Source of the DNA: an uncultured Clostridia bacterium
Lineage (GTDB): Bacteria; Bacillota; Clostridia; Christensenellales; UBA1242
Assembly: GCA_944351415.1 (NCBI GenBank)
Contig: CALVPQ010000002.1
Coordinates: 801 to 64,800 of the forward strand
Length of the DNA stretch: 64,000 nt
Reading direction: 5' to 3'
The translations under genes were made by a program, and so were the position numbers. How positions within the stretch are numbered: the stretch's first letter is position 1; each line of letters opens with the position of its first letter. The notes beneath the pieces were generated by a model. The model was not told the origin of the DNA. It did not search any database and saw nothing but the letters and a program-made list of their open reading frames with translations. Shown here one piece after another: positions 19,231 to 28,990 of the stretch.

Positions 19231-19791
19231 ATGGTATTTGCAGGAGATTTTAGAAAAGGAACTACTTTTGAATGGGACGGAGCAGTGTATTCCGTAGTTG
19301 AATTTTTACATGTTAAACCAGGGAAGGGTTCTCCATTTGTTAGGGCAAAGTTAAAAAATGTTATGACAGGTCAAGTAAAAGAAACTACTTTTAATCCATC
19401 TGATAAATTCCAAATAGCTGTTATTGAAAAAAAGGAAATGACATACCTATACAATGATGGTGACATTTATTATTTTATGGACACAGAAACTTATGACCAA
19501 ATTCCTCTAAATAGAGATAGTGTTGAAGATGCCTTAAACTTCGTAAAGGAAAATGAAAATTGCACAATGTATTTTTATAAAGGTAACCCATTTGCTGTTT
19601 ATGCTCCAAATTTTGTAGAGCTTGAAGTAATTGATTGTGAACCTGGAATTCAAGGTGATACATCTAAATCAACAACTAAACCGGCAAAAGTTGAAACAGG
19701 TTATGTTCTTAATGTTCCTTTATTTATCAATATAGGAGACAAAATAAGAATTGATACTCGTGATGGAAGTTATATGGAAAGAGTAAAATAA
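19231..19791 (+). CDS. efp: elongation factor P
   Basis: [19 protein letters not shown] motif. 186 aa. Confidence 0.96.
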   Translation: MVFAGDFRKGTTFEWDGAVYSVVEFLHVKPGKGSPFVRAKLKNVMTGQVKETTFNPSDKFQIAVIEKKEMTYLYNDGDIYYFMDTETYDQIPLNRDSVEDALNFVKENENCTMYFYKGNPFAVYAPNFVELEVIDCEPGIQGDTSKSTTKPAKVETGYVLNVPLFINIGDKIRIDTRDGSYMERVK

Positions 19792-19813
19792 TTTTAACAA
19801 TAATAAATGAAAG

Positions 19814-19845
19814 ACATGGCAAATTATAATAGCCATGTTTTTTTT
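19814..19845 (+). terminator. efp terminator
   Basis: Stem ACATGGC/GCCATGT followed by T8. Confidence 0.75.
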
Positions 19846-20079
19846 ATGCAAACTTTCAGATACTCTGGAATATTTTACTTTTACCAATAAATAAAATTTA
19901 CAAACTATACTGGTGAATTTTATTTTTAAAAAAATAGTTATATGATAATTTTTTTATTAATTTAATTTTCATTTTAATTATTTTATTTTCTGAATACTTT
20001 TGTTTTTATAAGTAAAATTTGACTATATTTGTCGTTATCGTATTGATAAAATTATGTAAACATACATTATGGCAAGGAG

Positions 20080-20991
20080 ATGAGAATGCTGGAAAAAATC
20101 TTGCCTGATGAAGTGTTTAATATTTTAGCTAAACAGGTAAATTTTAAATCTATAAATGAGATAAGAATTAGAACTGATAAGCCAATTGTTCTTCTTATTG
20201 GAAGTCGAAGAACATTTTTATCAAACAATGGAACAACTTCAAACATTAAAGAAGCTATCTTTGCAAATAAAATTATGGTTGAAGATATTATTTTTAGAGC
20301 AAGCGAATGTTCTATTTATTCTGTAAATGAGCAAATCAAAAAGGGGTTTATTGTAACTAAGGGTGGGATAAGGCTTGGAATAGGAGGTGATATAGTTGAA
20401 GAGAATAATACAATAAAAACAATGACTAATTTTTCAAGTGTAAATATTCGCCTTCCACACGAGGTTAAAAATTGTAGTTTGCCTGCCTTTGACTATCTTA
20501 TAGATGAAAATAAAGTTTATAACACCTTAGTTATGTCTCCACCAGGGGCCGGCAAAACTACCTTTTTAAGGGATTTTATCGGACAACTTTCAGAAAGAAA
20601 TTATGCTTATAATGTGCTTGTTTTAGACGAAAGAGGAGAACTTGATATAGGAACTTTAGGTTGTATCGGTAACTTTTCAGATAAAATATCTTTTGCAAAA
20701 AAAACTGTTGGTTTTGAAAATGGTATACGTTCACTCAGTCCAAATATAATTGTTACTGATGAACTTGGGCAGGAAGAAGATATTGAAGCTGTAAATTATG
20801 CCGTAAACTGTGGAGTAACAGTTTTTGCATCTGTTCATAGTGATAGTATTGATAGTTTTTTAAAGAAACCTAACTTTGAAAAAATTATTAAAAATAAGTT
20901 GTTTCAGCGTTATGTATTGTTATCTATGGAAAATGGACCCGGAACGATTGAGGGAATTTATAATGAAAATTTTTCAAGAGTAAGATTATAG
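20080..20991 (+). CDS. spoIIIAA: stage III sporulation protein AA (ATPase)
   Basis: Walker A SPPGAGKTT and Walker B IIVTDE. First gene of an eight-gene spoIIIA-like series. The ATG at 20086 fits the AAGGAG RBS better. Confidence 0.9.
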   Translation: MRMLEKILPDEVFNILAKQVNFKSINEIRIRTDKPIVLLIGSRRTFLSNNGTTSNIKEAIFANKIMVEDIIFRASECSIYSVNEQIKKGFIVTKGGIRLGIGGDIVEENNTIKTMTNFSSVNIRLPHEVKNCSLPAFDYLIDENKVYNTLVMSPPGAGKTTFLRDFIGQLSERNYAYNVLVLDERGELDIGTLGCIGNFSDKISFAKKTVGFENGIRSLSPNIIVTDELGQEEDIEAVNYAVNCGVTVFASVHSDSIDSFLKKPNFEKIIKNKLFQRYVLLSMENGPGTIEGIYNENFSRVRL

Positions 20992-21000
20992 GAGAGAAAT

Positions 21001-21495
21001 ATGAAATATATTTTACTGATTTTATTAGTTTGTGCTACATCATTTATTGGATATACATTTTCAAAAAAATATCGAATTAGGGCAAAATTTTTTCAATCAT
21101 TATTATATCTATGTCAAAAATTTGATATTGAAATAAACTTTTCTCGTGAAAGACTTAAAAAAATTTTTGAAAATTTAGACGAAAAAAATAAAAGTAATTT
21201 AAAAGGTATTGATAAAAACTTTATTTCATTTATTGATAAAGAAGTTTCACTTGAAAAAGAAAACCTTTTTAAAGGTATACCATTTTTAAAAGAAGATGAG
21301 AAAGACTTGATATATACTTTTTTTAAATCACTCGGAAGAAGTGATGTTGATAGCCAATCTAAGGAAATAAAAAATTTTCAATCAAGATTTGATGCAATAG
21401 TCACACAAACAAATGCCGAAAATAAAAAATATGGTTCTTTAACAATGAAACTTGGTATTATTGCAGGACTTCTTCTTGTTGTGATTTTTATATAG
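21001..21495 (+). CDS. spoIIIAB: stage III sporulation protein AB
   Basis: 164 aa with TM helices at both the N- and C-terminus. Called from position and size in the operon. Confidence 0.8.
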   Translation: MKYILLILLVCATSFIGYTFSKKYRIRAKFFQSLLYLCQKFDIEINFSRERLKKIFENLDEKNKSNLKGIDKNFISFIDKEVSLEKENLFKGIPFLKEDEKDLIYTFFKSLGRSDVDSQSKEIKNFQSRFDAIVTQTNAENKKYGSLTMKLGIIAGLLLVVIFI

Positions 21496-21502
21496 GTGAG
21501 TT

Positions 21503-21697
21503 ATGGACGTAGAAATTATTTTTAAAATAGCTGCTGTTGGAATTTTAACGGCTATTATTGGACAGATATTAAAACAGACAGGAAAAGATGAAATAGCCAC
21601 AATTGCAACATTAGCAGGTCTAATAATTGTGCTTATTATGGTTTTAAATCTTGTAGGAGATTTATTTTCAACACTTAGAACAATCTTTAATTTTTAG
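21503..21697 (+). CDS. spoIIIAC: stage III sporulation protein AC
   Basis: 64-aa two-TM protein. Called from position. Confidence 0.85.
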   Translation: MDVEIIFKIAAVGILTAIIGQILKQTGKDEIATIATLAGLIIVLIMVLNLVGDLFSTLRTIFNF

Positions 21698-21703
21698 GAG
21701 AAT

Positions 21704-22096
21704 ATGGAAGTTATTTTTAAAATCATAGCAATTGGTCTTGTAACTTGTCTTGCAACTATGGTGGTAAGACCAGTTCGTTCAGATTTTGCAGTAATTATAG
21801 CTATCGTTGGTGGGTTGATAATTTTATTTATGGTTATCAATTATTTGTCGTCTGTTTTTGATGCACTCCAGAGTATTATAGGTCTTACTGGGTTAAACTC
21901 TGGGTTATATACCTTACTTTTAAAAATTATAGGAATAGGGTATCTTATAGAATTTACAGCAGGTATATGTTCTGATACTGGGAACTCAAGTCTTGGTGAT
22001 AAGGTATTACTAGGTGGTAAAATTATAATACTAGTTATGGCTCTTCCAATTATAACTAATATACTGCAAATTATAATGGAGTTGTTGCCATCATGA
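21704..22096 (+). CDS. spoIIIAD: stage III sporulation protein AD
   Basis: 130-aa polytopic protein paralogous to AC. Called from position. Confidence 0.85.
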   Translation: MEVIFKIIAIGLVTCLATMVVRPVRSDFAVIIAIVGGLIILFMVINYLSSVFDALQSIIGLTGLNSGLYTLLLKIIGIGYLIEFTAGICSDTGNSSLGDKVLLGGKIIILVMALPIITNILQIIMELLPS

Positions 22097-23331
22097 GATA
22101 TTTTAAATATAAATTTTACAAAAATAAAAAAGTTAAATATAAATACTTCATAATTATACTTTTTATATTATTTTGTCCAACAATAGGCAAAATAACTACT
22201 TATTCAGAAAATATAAATTCTTCGTCAACAACTGACGAAAATTTAGAACAAGAATTAGAAGATGAAGTGCAGGAACAAATAAATGAACTTGATTTTTCAT
22301 CACTAGAAGAGTTGTTACAAGCATTATCAGATGGTGAACTTGCAATTTTTGGCGGAAGTAGTTTTATTGAGAAACTAAATAATTTATTAAAAGGGAATTT
22401 TGAAGATGGGTCAAGCCTTTGGACATCTATTCTTACAATTTTTTTTGAAAATCTTTTATCTCTTTTGCCAATCATTTCTATCATCATAGCAGTATCTTTA
22501 ATTGGAAGTATGTTGCAGGGACTTAAGCCGTATAATAATGGAAAATCTATGGCAAACATAATCCACTTTGTAACCTATGGGATTATAGTTGTATTGGTTC
22601 TTTCTATAACTGTCAAAATGGTCACAACGACTACAAATACAATAGGAAATATAAAGGCACAGATGGACGCAATTTTTCCTATTCTTTTAACTCTTTTAAC
22701 AGCTATTGGTGGCACAGCATCAACAACAGTATATCAACCCGCGATGGCTCTACTTACAGGAACAATCTTAAATCTTTTCACATACATCTTGCTTCCAATC
22801 TTTATATTTTCAGTTGTTTTTAGTATCGTTTCCAATCTTTCAAATAGTATAAAACTGGAAAAATTTACATCTTTTTTCAATAGCACCTTTAAATGGCTTA
22901 CAGGTTTAATATTTACCATATTTACAGCATTTTTATCCATTCAAGGAATTACCGCTGGTTCTATTGATGGCATATCTATAAGAACAGCCAAGTATGCAAT
23001 AAAATCTTATATACCAATTTTAGGTTCATATATTAGTGATGGCATGGGAATTATATTGCTATCATCAAATTTAATTAAAAATGCAGTGGGTGCAGCGGGA
23101 CTTTTTATGCTACTTGCAACAATATTATCACCACTTATTGAACTAATTTTGTTTATGCTAGCACTTAAACTTATTGCAGGTATTATAGAGCCACTAGGTA
23201 ATAAACAAATAGCCAATTTTATTTCTTCTCTATCAAAAAGTATGGTGCTTTTAATAGTTTTGATAATTGGTATAGCATTTATTTACTTCATTATGCTAGG
23301 ACTTATAATGTGCTCGGCTAATGTGCTATAA
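22093..23331 (+). CDS. spoIIIAE: stage III sporulation protein AE
   Basis: 412 aa with a signal/TM, an acidic extracellular segment and then a polytopic domain. ATGA overlap with AD. Confidence 0.85.
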   Translation: MRYFKYKFYKNKKVKYKYFIIILFILFCPTIGKITTYSENINSSSTTDENLEQELEDEVQEQINELDFSSLEELLQALSDGELAIFGGSSFIEKLNNLLKGNFEDGSSLWTSILTIFFENLLSLLPIISIIIAVSLIGSMLQGLKPYNNGKSMANIIHFVTYGIIVVLVLSITVKMVTTTTNTIGNIKAQMDAIFPILLTLLTAIGGTASTTVYQPAMALLTGTILNLFTYILLPIFIFSVVFSIVSNLSNSIKLEKFTSFFNSTFKWLTGLIFTIFTAFLSIQGITAGSIDGISIRTAKYAIKSYIPILGSYISDGMGIILLSSNLIKNAVGAAGLFMLLATILSPLIELILFMLALKLIAGIIEPLGNKQIANFISSLSKSMVLLIVLIIGIAFIYFIMLGLIMCSANVL

Positions 23332-23341
23332 GGAGGATAAT

Positions 23342-23842
23342 ATGCTAAATGAATTTTCAACATGGATTATTTCAGTAGCAGGTGTTATATGTCTTTCTGT
23401 TCTAGTTGAGCTCGTTCTGCCTGAAGGTCAAATAAATAAGTATATTAAAGGCATTTTTTCTTTTGTTATAATTTTAGTTATAATAATGCCCATACCAAAA
23501 CTCTTAGGAACTAATTTGGATTTTTCGAATATTTTTGATTATGATGAAATACAAGTTGATAATGACTATATATATCAGTTAAATCTAGATAAATTAAATG
23601 ATATTAAAGAAAGCATAGAAGAAGATATAAGTTCGCGAGGCTACCAAAATGTGAAAATATATTTGAATTGTAATATTTTTGATAATGCATTGCAATTTAA
23701 TTCTATTTTTGTCGATTTGACTAATTTAGTAATATCTGAGAATGCAGAGCATAAAAATATAACAAAGATAAAGCAAGATATAACACAAATTATAAATGGT
23801 TATATAGAAATCAGTGAGGAGGACATCTTATATGATGGTTGA
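23342..23842 (+). CDS. spoIIIAF: stage III sporulation protein AF
   Basis: ATG at 23342 after AAGGAGG. Two N-terminal TMs followed by a soluble domain. Confidence 0.8.
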   Translation: MLNEFSTWIISVAGVICLSVLVELVLPEGQINKYIKGIFSFVIILVIIMPIPKLLGTNLDFSNIFDYDEIQVDNDYIYQLNLDKLNDIKESIEEDISSRGYQNVKIYLNCNIFDNALQFNSIFVDLTNLVISENAEHKNITKIKQDITQIINGYIEISEEDILYDG

Positions 23843-24368
23843 CTTTAAAGAAAAGTTTAAATTCCTTTTTGAAAAAATAAAAAAAATTAAACATATAGAA
23901 ATTTATCTAGCAGTTGGACTAGCTGTCATAATAGCCATAATGTATTTTACAACCCTAAAGTCTCCAGAGAACGGCACATCGACAGAAGACGACAATATTG
24001 ACGCAACTTTTTCTTCTTCGCAGGAATATGCAAGCTATATTGAGAATAAACTTGAAAATGTGATTACCACAGTAAAAGGTGCAGGCAAAGTCAATATTCT
24101 TATTACACTTGAAAAAGGATTTGAATATATCTATGTCACTGAAGAAGAAACACGGACAACTTCTAATGGCACAATAGTAACAACAGCAACCGTAGTTATG
24201 GTTGATGGAAAGCCTATACTTCAAGAGGAAATCTATCCTGTTATCAGTGGTGTAGTGGTAATCGCAGAAGGGGCAGAAGATATTTCTGTTAAAATGAATA
24301 TTATTTCAATTATTCAAACAGTGATAGATATAGATAGTTCTAAGATAAATGTGATTGAAGGATATTAA
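23832..24368 (+). CDS. spoIIIAG: stage III sporulation protein AG
   Basis: ATG at 23832 after GAGGAGG. A single TM, then a ring-building-like domain with VSGVVVIAEGA. Confidence 0.8.
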   Translation: MMVDFKEKFKFLFEKIKKIKHIEIYLAVGLAVIIAIMYFTTLKSPENGTSTEDDNIDATFSSSQEYASYIENKLENVITTVKGAGKVNILITLEKGFEYIYVTEEETRTTSNGTIVTTATVVMVDGKPILQEEIYPVISGVVVIAEGAEDISVKMNIISIIQTVIDIDSSKINVIEGY

Positions 24369-24379
24369 AAGGAGAGATT

Positions 24380-24850
24380 ATGAAAAAAAGAACAAAAATT
24401 ATTATAATAGCTGCAATGGTTTTACTCTTGGGAGTCACAGGTTATTTGAATGTTATGCTTAATAACTCAGTATCTAGTAATAATGACGAAACTGCTACAA
24501 CTTCAAGTTATTTTCAAACCTACAGGTCAGATAGAGAATCAACAAGAGACCAAGAAATGTTATATTACGATGCAATCATTTCAAGTGAAAGCTCAACAGC
24601 AGAGGCTATAGCAACAGCAGAAAGTGCTAAGCTTGCTCTTATTGACCAGATGGAACAAGAACTTGTTGTTGAAGGTCTTATTAAAGCAAAAGGATTTGAA
24701 GATTGTGTTATAACAATATCTGACTCAAATGTGAATGCTGTTGTTAAAGCAGAAGAACTTACATCAACAGAAGTAGCTCAAATAGTTGAAATTATACAAT
24801 CTCAACTTGAAACAGGAATTGAAAATATCAAAATTATTCCAGTAGAATAA
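24380..24850 (+). CDS. spoIIIAH: stage III sporulation protein AH
   Basis: N-terminal TM and a C-terminal YscJ/FliF-like domain. Last gene of the operon. Confidence 0.8.
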   Translation: MKKRTKIIIIAAMVLLLGVTGYLNVMLNNSVSSNNDETATTSSYFQTYRSDRESTRDQEMLYYDAIISSESSTAEAIATAESAKLALIDQMEQELVVEGLIKAKGFEDCVITISDSNVNAVVKAEELTSTEVAQIVEIIQSQLETGIENIKIIPVE

Positions 24851-24901
24851 TTGCAAAAATATATGAATATGTGTTATAATACAAAAGAATAGGAGTTAAC
24901 A

Positions 24902-25267
24902 ATGGCAAAAACAAATACCACTTTACCAAAAAAAGGGAAAGTTGAAATTGATAGAGATATACTTTTATCAATTATCAATCTTGCTACAAAGGAAATAAAT
25001 GGCGTTGAATCTTTAACAAATGACTATCTTCCATTTTATAAAAAAATGGCAAAGCCTAAGAGTGAAGGTGTAAACATACAGTTTGACACAAATGGGATTG
25101 TGAACGTTGATGTTTATATAAGAGTGTTTATAGGTTATAGTGTGCCAGATGTGGCATTTAGAGTTCAAGAAAATATAAAGAATGCATTAAATACTATGGT
25201 AGGGATAAAACCAGGCAAAATAAATGTTCATGTTTATGGTGTTGCTTGTGACGAGGAAATACAATGA
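24902..25267 (+). CDS. Asp23/Gls24 family envelope stress protein
   Basis: 121 aa. The [16 protein letters not shown] pattern is typical of Asp23. Precedes nusB, as yqhY does in Bacillus. Confidence 0.8.
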   Translation: MAKTNTTLPKKGKVEIDRDILLSIINLATKEINGVESLTNDYLPFYKKMAKPKSEGVNIQFDTNGIVNVDVYIRVFIGYSVPDVAFRVQENIKNALNTMVGIKPGKINVHVYGVACDEEIQ

Positions 25268-25668
25268 GAGCTTATGCTAGAGAACTTGCTTTTCAATTGA
25301 TTTTTGAAAGACTTTTCGTTAAAGAGAATTACTCAGACGAAGAGTTTTTTGCATCATTAAAGAAAGATGATGATAAGAATTTTGTAAAGGAAATTCTTTT
25401 AAAATACGAAGAAAATAAGGATTATGTGCAAAAAATAATATCTTCAAACTTAGTGGGATATGAATTAAATAGAGTATATAAAGTTGATTTAGCCCTTTTA
25501 TGTGAAGCAATTACTGAAATAAAATACATTAAAACACCTTACAAAATAGTTATAAATGAAATTGTTGAACTTGCAAAAAGGTATTCAACTGAAAAGAGTG
25601 GTAGATTTATCAATGGTGTTTTATCTTCTATAGTTAAAACTTTAAATGTTACCAAAAAGGAACAATAA
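25264..25668 (+). CDS. nusB: transcription antitermination factor NusB
   Basis: [10 protein letters not shown]-terminus and C-terminal [10 protein letters not shown]...FINGVL. Confidence 0.9.
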   Translation: MRAYARELAFQLIFERLFVKENYSDEEFFASLKKDDDKNFVKEILLKYEENKDYVQKIISSNLVGYELNRVYKVDLALLCEAITEIKYIKTPYKIVINEIVELAKRYSTEKSGRFINGVLSSIVKTLNVTKKEQ

Positions 25669-26853
25669 ATGCAAGAGGCCATAACCGTTTCAAAACTAAA
25701 TACTTATATAAAACAAATTTTTGATGCTGAAGAACTTCTCCACAATATATCTGTTGTTGGAGAAGTTTTTGGTGTAAGTTTATCTAGAAATGTTATTTAT
25801 TTTTCATTAAAAGATGAGAATGCAACTTTATCTTGTGTATGTTTCTATCCTAACTTTATCAGCAACATTATAGAAGGCGATAAGATTATCGTTACCGGTT
25901 CACCGAATTATTATATCAAGGGCGGAAAACTTAATTTCAATGTAAATAAAGTTGAAAAAGTTGGACAAGGAAAACTTTATGAAGAATTTTTAAAATTAAA
26001 ACAAAAGCTCCAAGACGAAGGACTATTTGATTTATCGCATAAAAAAAATATACCTAAGGATATAAAAAGAATAGGTGTTATAACTTCACGTGAGGGTGCA
26101 GTTATTCAGGATATTAAAAATGTAGCATGGCGAAGAAATCCAAGTGTTGATATTGTTCTTTATAATACTAAGGTTCAGGGCTTAAATGCTGAAAATGAAA
26201 TAGCACATGCTATTGATGTTATGGGGAAATACAATAAAATAGATGTTTTGGTTGTAGCACGTGGTGGTGGCTCTCTAGAAGATTTGTGGGCTTATAACAC
26301 TGAAGTAGTTGCAAGAGCAACCTATAATTGCTCTAAACCAATTATATCTGCAGTTGGGCATGAAACAGACTTCACAATTATAGATTTTGTAAGTGACCTA
26401 CGAGCCCCAACACCTTCTGCGGCTGCAGAACTGCTGACCTTCTCTCTAGAGGATAAAAAGGCTGAAATGTGGGGATTATTTGATACATTTTATAAAACAA
26501 CAGAAAACTTCATTAAACAAGAACAAAATAAATTTAGTATGCAAAATGTTAGATTGTCAAATAATATAGATAAACTGCTTATAAATGAATACAACCTTTT
26601 AGATAATAAAAGAAATAAAATTTTAAAACACATAGATAATTTTATTAATCAAAAATATTATGAATTAGGACTAACTGAAACAACAATAAATAAAATTGAC
26701 CCAAATTTTATTCTTCAAAAAGGATATGCAAAGATTGAACAAAAAGGGATAAGTATAAATAAGCTAGAAAATTTAGATTTAAAACATAAAATGACTATTA
26801 ATTTTTATGATGGTAAAGTAGATGCAATGCCAATAGAGAATAAGGAGAATTAA
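25669..26853 (+). CDS. xseA: exodeoxyribonuclease VII large subunit
   Basis: N-terminal OB fold, then the VITSREGAVIQDI, ARGGGSLEDLW and SAVGHETD motifs. Confidence 0.95.
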   Translation: MQEAITVSKLNTYIKQIFDAEELLHNISVVGEVFGVSLSRNVIYFSLKDENATLSCVCFYPNFISNIIEGDKIIVTGSPNYYIKGGKLNFNVNKVEKVGQGKLYEEFLKLKQKLQDEGLFDLSHKKNIPKDIKRIGVITSREGAVIQDIKNVAWRRNPSVDIVLYNTKVQGLNAENEIAHAIDVMGKYNKIDVLVVARGGGSLEDLWAYNTEVVARATYNCSKPIISAVGHETDFTIIDFVSDLRAPTPSAAAELLTFSLEDKKAEMWGLFDTFYKTTENFIKQEQNKFSMQNVRLSNNIDKLLINEYNLLDNKRNKILKHIDNFINQKYYELGLTETTINKIDPNFILQKGYAKIEQKGISINKLENLDLKHKMTINFYDGKVDAMPIENKEN

Positions 26854-27060
26854 ATGGAACAATTAACTTATGAAGATGCTACAAAAGAATTAAATGAAAT
26901 CATAGAAAAAATTGAAAGTGGAACTCTTGCAATAGATAAGACAATAAAATTGATAGAGAGAGCAAGGGAACTCATGCTTTTCTGTTACAAAGAGCTTGAT
27001 AGGGCGAAAGGAAAATTAACAGAGATTAAAGAAACTCTTGATACTTTAGATGAGGTTTAA
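26854..27060 (+). CDS. xseB: exodeoxyribonuclease VII small subunit
   Basis: 68-aa helical protein immediately after xseA. Confidence 0.9.
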   Translation: MEQLTYEDATKELNEIIEKIESGTLAIDKTIKLIERARELMLFCYKELDRAKGKLTEIKETLDTLDEV

Positions 27061-27130
27061 TTTTTTTATTATTAAATATCTTTTCTAAAATCATTAACAT
27101 ATAACATTAAATTAAATCATATATTACCTT

Positions 27131-27694
27131 GTGAAAAGACAAAAAAAAGTATCTATTTTAAAATTTTCTAAAAAAAAATATTTATGGGCTTTTAGAATGT
27201 TTTTTATTGCTGTAAGTATGTCTATGTTTTTTGGATTTCTAAGCCAAGTGATGTTATCAAATATGGGAATTTTGATGGCAATATTAGGAATAGTTATTTT
27301 TATAATGATTGCTGTTATTTTTGATATGCTTGGAATTGCCGCAACTTCAGCAAATTTAACAACGTTTAAACAATGGGAAAAGGAAAAGAAATTAGGTGCA
27401 GATATAGGTGTGAAACTATGCGAACACTCAGAAAAAGTATGTTCATTTTGTGCTGATGTTGTAGGAGATATATGTAGCACACTTTGTGGAGCGGGAGGAG
27501 CTTGTATTGTTATGGCAATAACAAATAACATAACAAATTCTAATATTATAATGCTTATTTCAATAATAACATCAGCTTTGATAGCTGGTTTTACAATATT
27601 TTTTAAGGCAATTATGAAAGAAAAGGCACTTAAAAATTCTAATAAGATAATTTTGAATTTGGGCAAATTTTTAAGTAAATTTTTTAAAGTATAA
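27131..27694 (+). CDS. predicted 4-TM membrane protein, function unknown
   Basis: GTG start and a K-rich cytoplasmic N-terminus. Four hydrophobic helices with charged loops. Co-directional with its neighbours. No convincing RBS. Confidence 0.5.
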   Translation: MKRQKKVSILKFSKKKYLWAFRMFFIAVSMSMFFGFLSQVMLSNMGILMAILGIVIFIMIAVIFDMLGIAATSANLTTFKQWEKEKKLGADIGVKLCEHSEKVCSFCADVVGDICSTLCGAGGACIVMAITNNITNSNIIMLISIITSALIAGFTIFFKAIMKEKALKNSNKIILNLGKFLSKFFKV

Positions 27695-27740
27695 AAGTAA
27701 GCTTAAATTTTAAGAAAAATAATTTTTTTAAGAAAAATGA

Positions 27741-27769
27741 TTGACAAAACAAAATCATTATGCTATAAT
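27741..27769 (+). promoter_or_regulatory. sigma-A promoter of infC-rpmI-rplT
   Basis: TTGACA, 17 bp, TGcTATAAT. Confidence 0.75.
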
Positions 27770-27774
27770 CTATG

Positions 27775-27860
27775 CATGAAAGTAGAAGTTCCACTTCTCA
27801 CCAGTCAGCAATATAGCTAGATTTGGTAAAAACTTAATTATTATAATCATAAGTTTTTTT
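27775..27860 (+). promoter_or_regulatory. infC leader with attenuator (L20-leader type)
   Basis: Hairpin AGAAGT/ACTTCT. Then a 9-bp stem AAAAACTTA/TAAGTTTTT plus a T-run, all before the infC start. Firmicute infC operons are controlled by an L20-responsive attenuator. Confidence 0.55.
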
Positions 27861-27912
27861 GGTGGAATTTTATGCTTCCATCAAATTTTTTATTTAAAAG
27901 GGGAATACAACT

Positions 27913-28428
27913 ATTTTTAAGGAATTATTAATTAACGAACAAATCACAGCACCACAAGTTCGTTTAATAGGAGAAAACGGAGAACAACTTGGAATATTAT
28001 CAAAAGATGAGGCTTTAGCAATAGCTGAAGAACGTGGCTATGACCTTGTTTTAATGTCAGGCGGAACCAATCCACCTGTATGCAAAATATTGGATTATGG
28101 AAAATTTAAGTATGATGCATTAAAAAAAGATAAGGAAATAAAGAAAGCTCAAAAAATAATAGAAACTAAGGAAGTAAGACTTTCAATGACTATAGAAGAA
28201 CATGATATTGCATATCGTGTTGCAAGTGCAACTAAATTTCTAAAAGAAGGCAATAAAGTTAAGGTTACTTTAAGAATGAAAGGTAGGGAGCAAGCTTATG
28301 TGAAAAAAGCTATAGAAGTTGTTAAGGAATTTTGTGCTCGTCTTAGCGATATTGGAACAATTGATAAGGAACCAGAGCTTCTAGGTAGAAATATTTTTGT
28401 AGTTGTAAGTCCTAAAAAAACAAAATAA
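27913..28428 (+). CDS. infC: translation initiation factor IF-3, with an ATT start
   Basis: The reading frame is open from 27898. ATT at 27913 lies about 9 nt after AAAGGGG and gives IFKELLINEQITAPQVRLIGENG, the conserved IF-3 N-terminus. The ORF track only reports the internal ATG at 28054. Confidence 0.85.
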   Translation: MFKELLINEQITAPQVRLIGENGEQLGILSKDEALAIAEERGYDLVLMSGGTNPPVCKILDYGKFKYDALKKDKEIKKAQKIIETKEVRLSMTIEEHDIAYRVASATKFLKEGNKVKVTLRMKGREQAYVKKAIEVVKEFCARLSDIGTIDKEPELLGRNIFVVVSPKKTK

Positions 28429-28443
28429 AAGGAGAGAAGTATT

Positions 28444-28638
28444 ATGCCAAAACAAAAAACACATAGTGGTTGCAAAAAACGTTTTCATGTAACTGCAAAT
28501 GGAAATGTTAAATTTGCAAGACCAGGGAAAGGACACTTCCTTACAAAAAAATCACAACAAAATAAAAGAAAATTAAGAAAGGGATCTTATATTTCAGGAA
28601 AGAATGCACAAAACATCAAATCCCTTTTAGCTAAGTAG
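28444..28638 (+). CDS. rpmI: 50S ribosomal protein L35
   Basis: [15 protein letters not shown]-terminus. 64 aa. Confidence 0.96.
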   Translation: MPKQKTHSGCKKRFHVTANGNVKFARPGKGHFLTKKSQQNKRKLRKGSYISGKNAQNIKSLLAK

Positions 28639-28648
28639 GAGGTCTAAG

Positions 28649-28990
28649 ATGAGAGTAAAAAGAACAGTTAATGCAGTAAAAAAACGTCGTTCTATATTAA
28701 AAAGTGCAAAGGGTTACAGAGGTGCTAAATCTAAGCTTTATAGAACAGCTAAACAACAAGTTATGAGAAGCGGACAATATGCCTATGTTGGACGTAAGAT
28801 TAAAAAGAGAAATTTTAGAGCATTATGGATAACAAGAATAAATGCTGGTTGCAGACAAAATGGAATTTCTTATTCTAAATTTATTGCTGGACTTAAGAGT
28901 AAGGGAATTGACCTTAATAGAAAAGTTCTTGCAGATATGGCAGTAAGAGAACCAGAAACTTTTGCAGCACTTGTAGGGCAAGTTAAATAA
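28649..28990 (+). CDS. rplT: 50S ribosomal protein L20
   Basis: MRVKR...[13 protein letters not shown]. 113 aa. Confidence 0.96.
   Translation: MRVKRTVNAVKKRRSILKSAKGYRGAKSKLYRTAKQQVMRSGQYAYVGRKIKKRNFRALWITRINAGCRQNGISYSKFIAGLKSKGIDLNRKVLADMAVREPETFAALVGQVK

Noticed and set aside
20061-20068. CATACATT, matching the sigma-E -10 consensus (CATACAnT), upstream of spoIIIAA.
   Set aside because: It lies only about 6 nt before the AAGGAG RBS, so a transcript started from it would begin inside or after the RBS. A real sigma-E promoter is expected further upstream, in the 230-bp AT-rich spacer, but I could not identify it convincingly.
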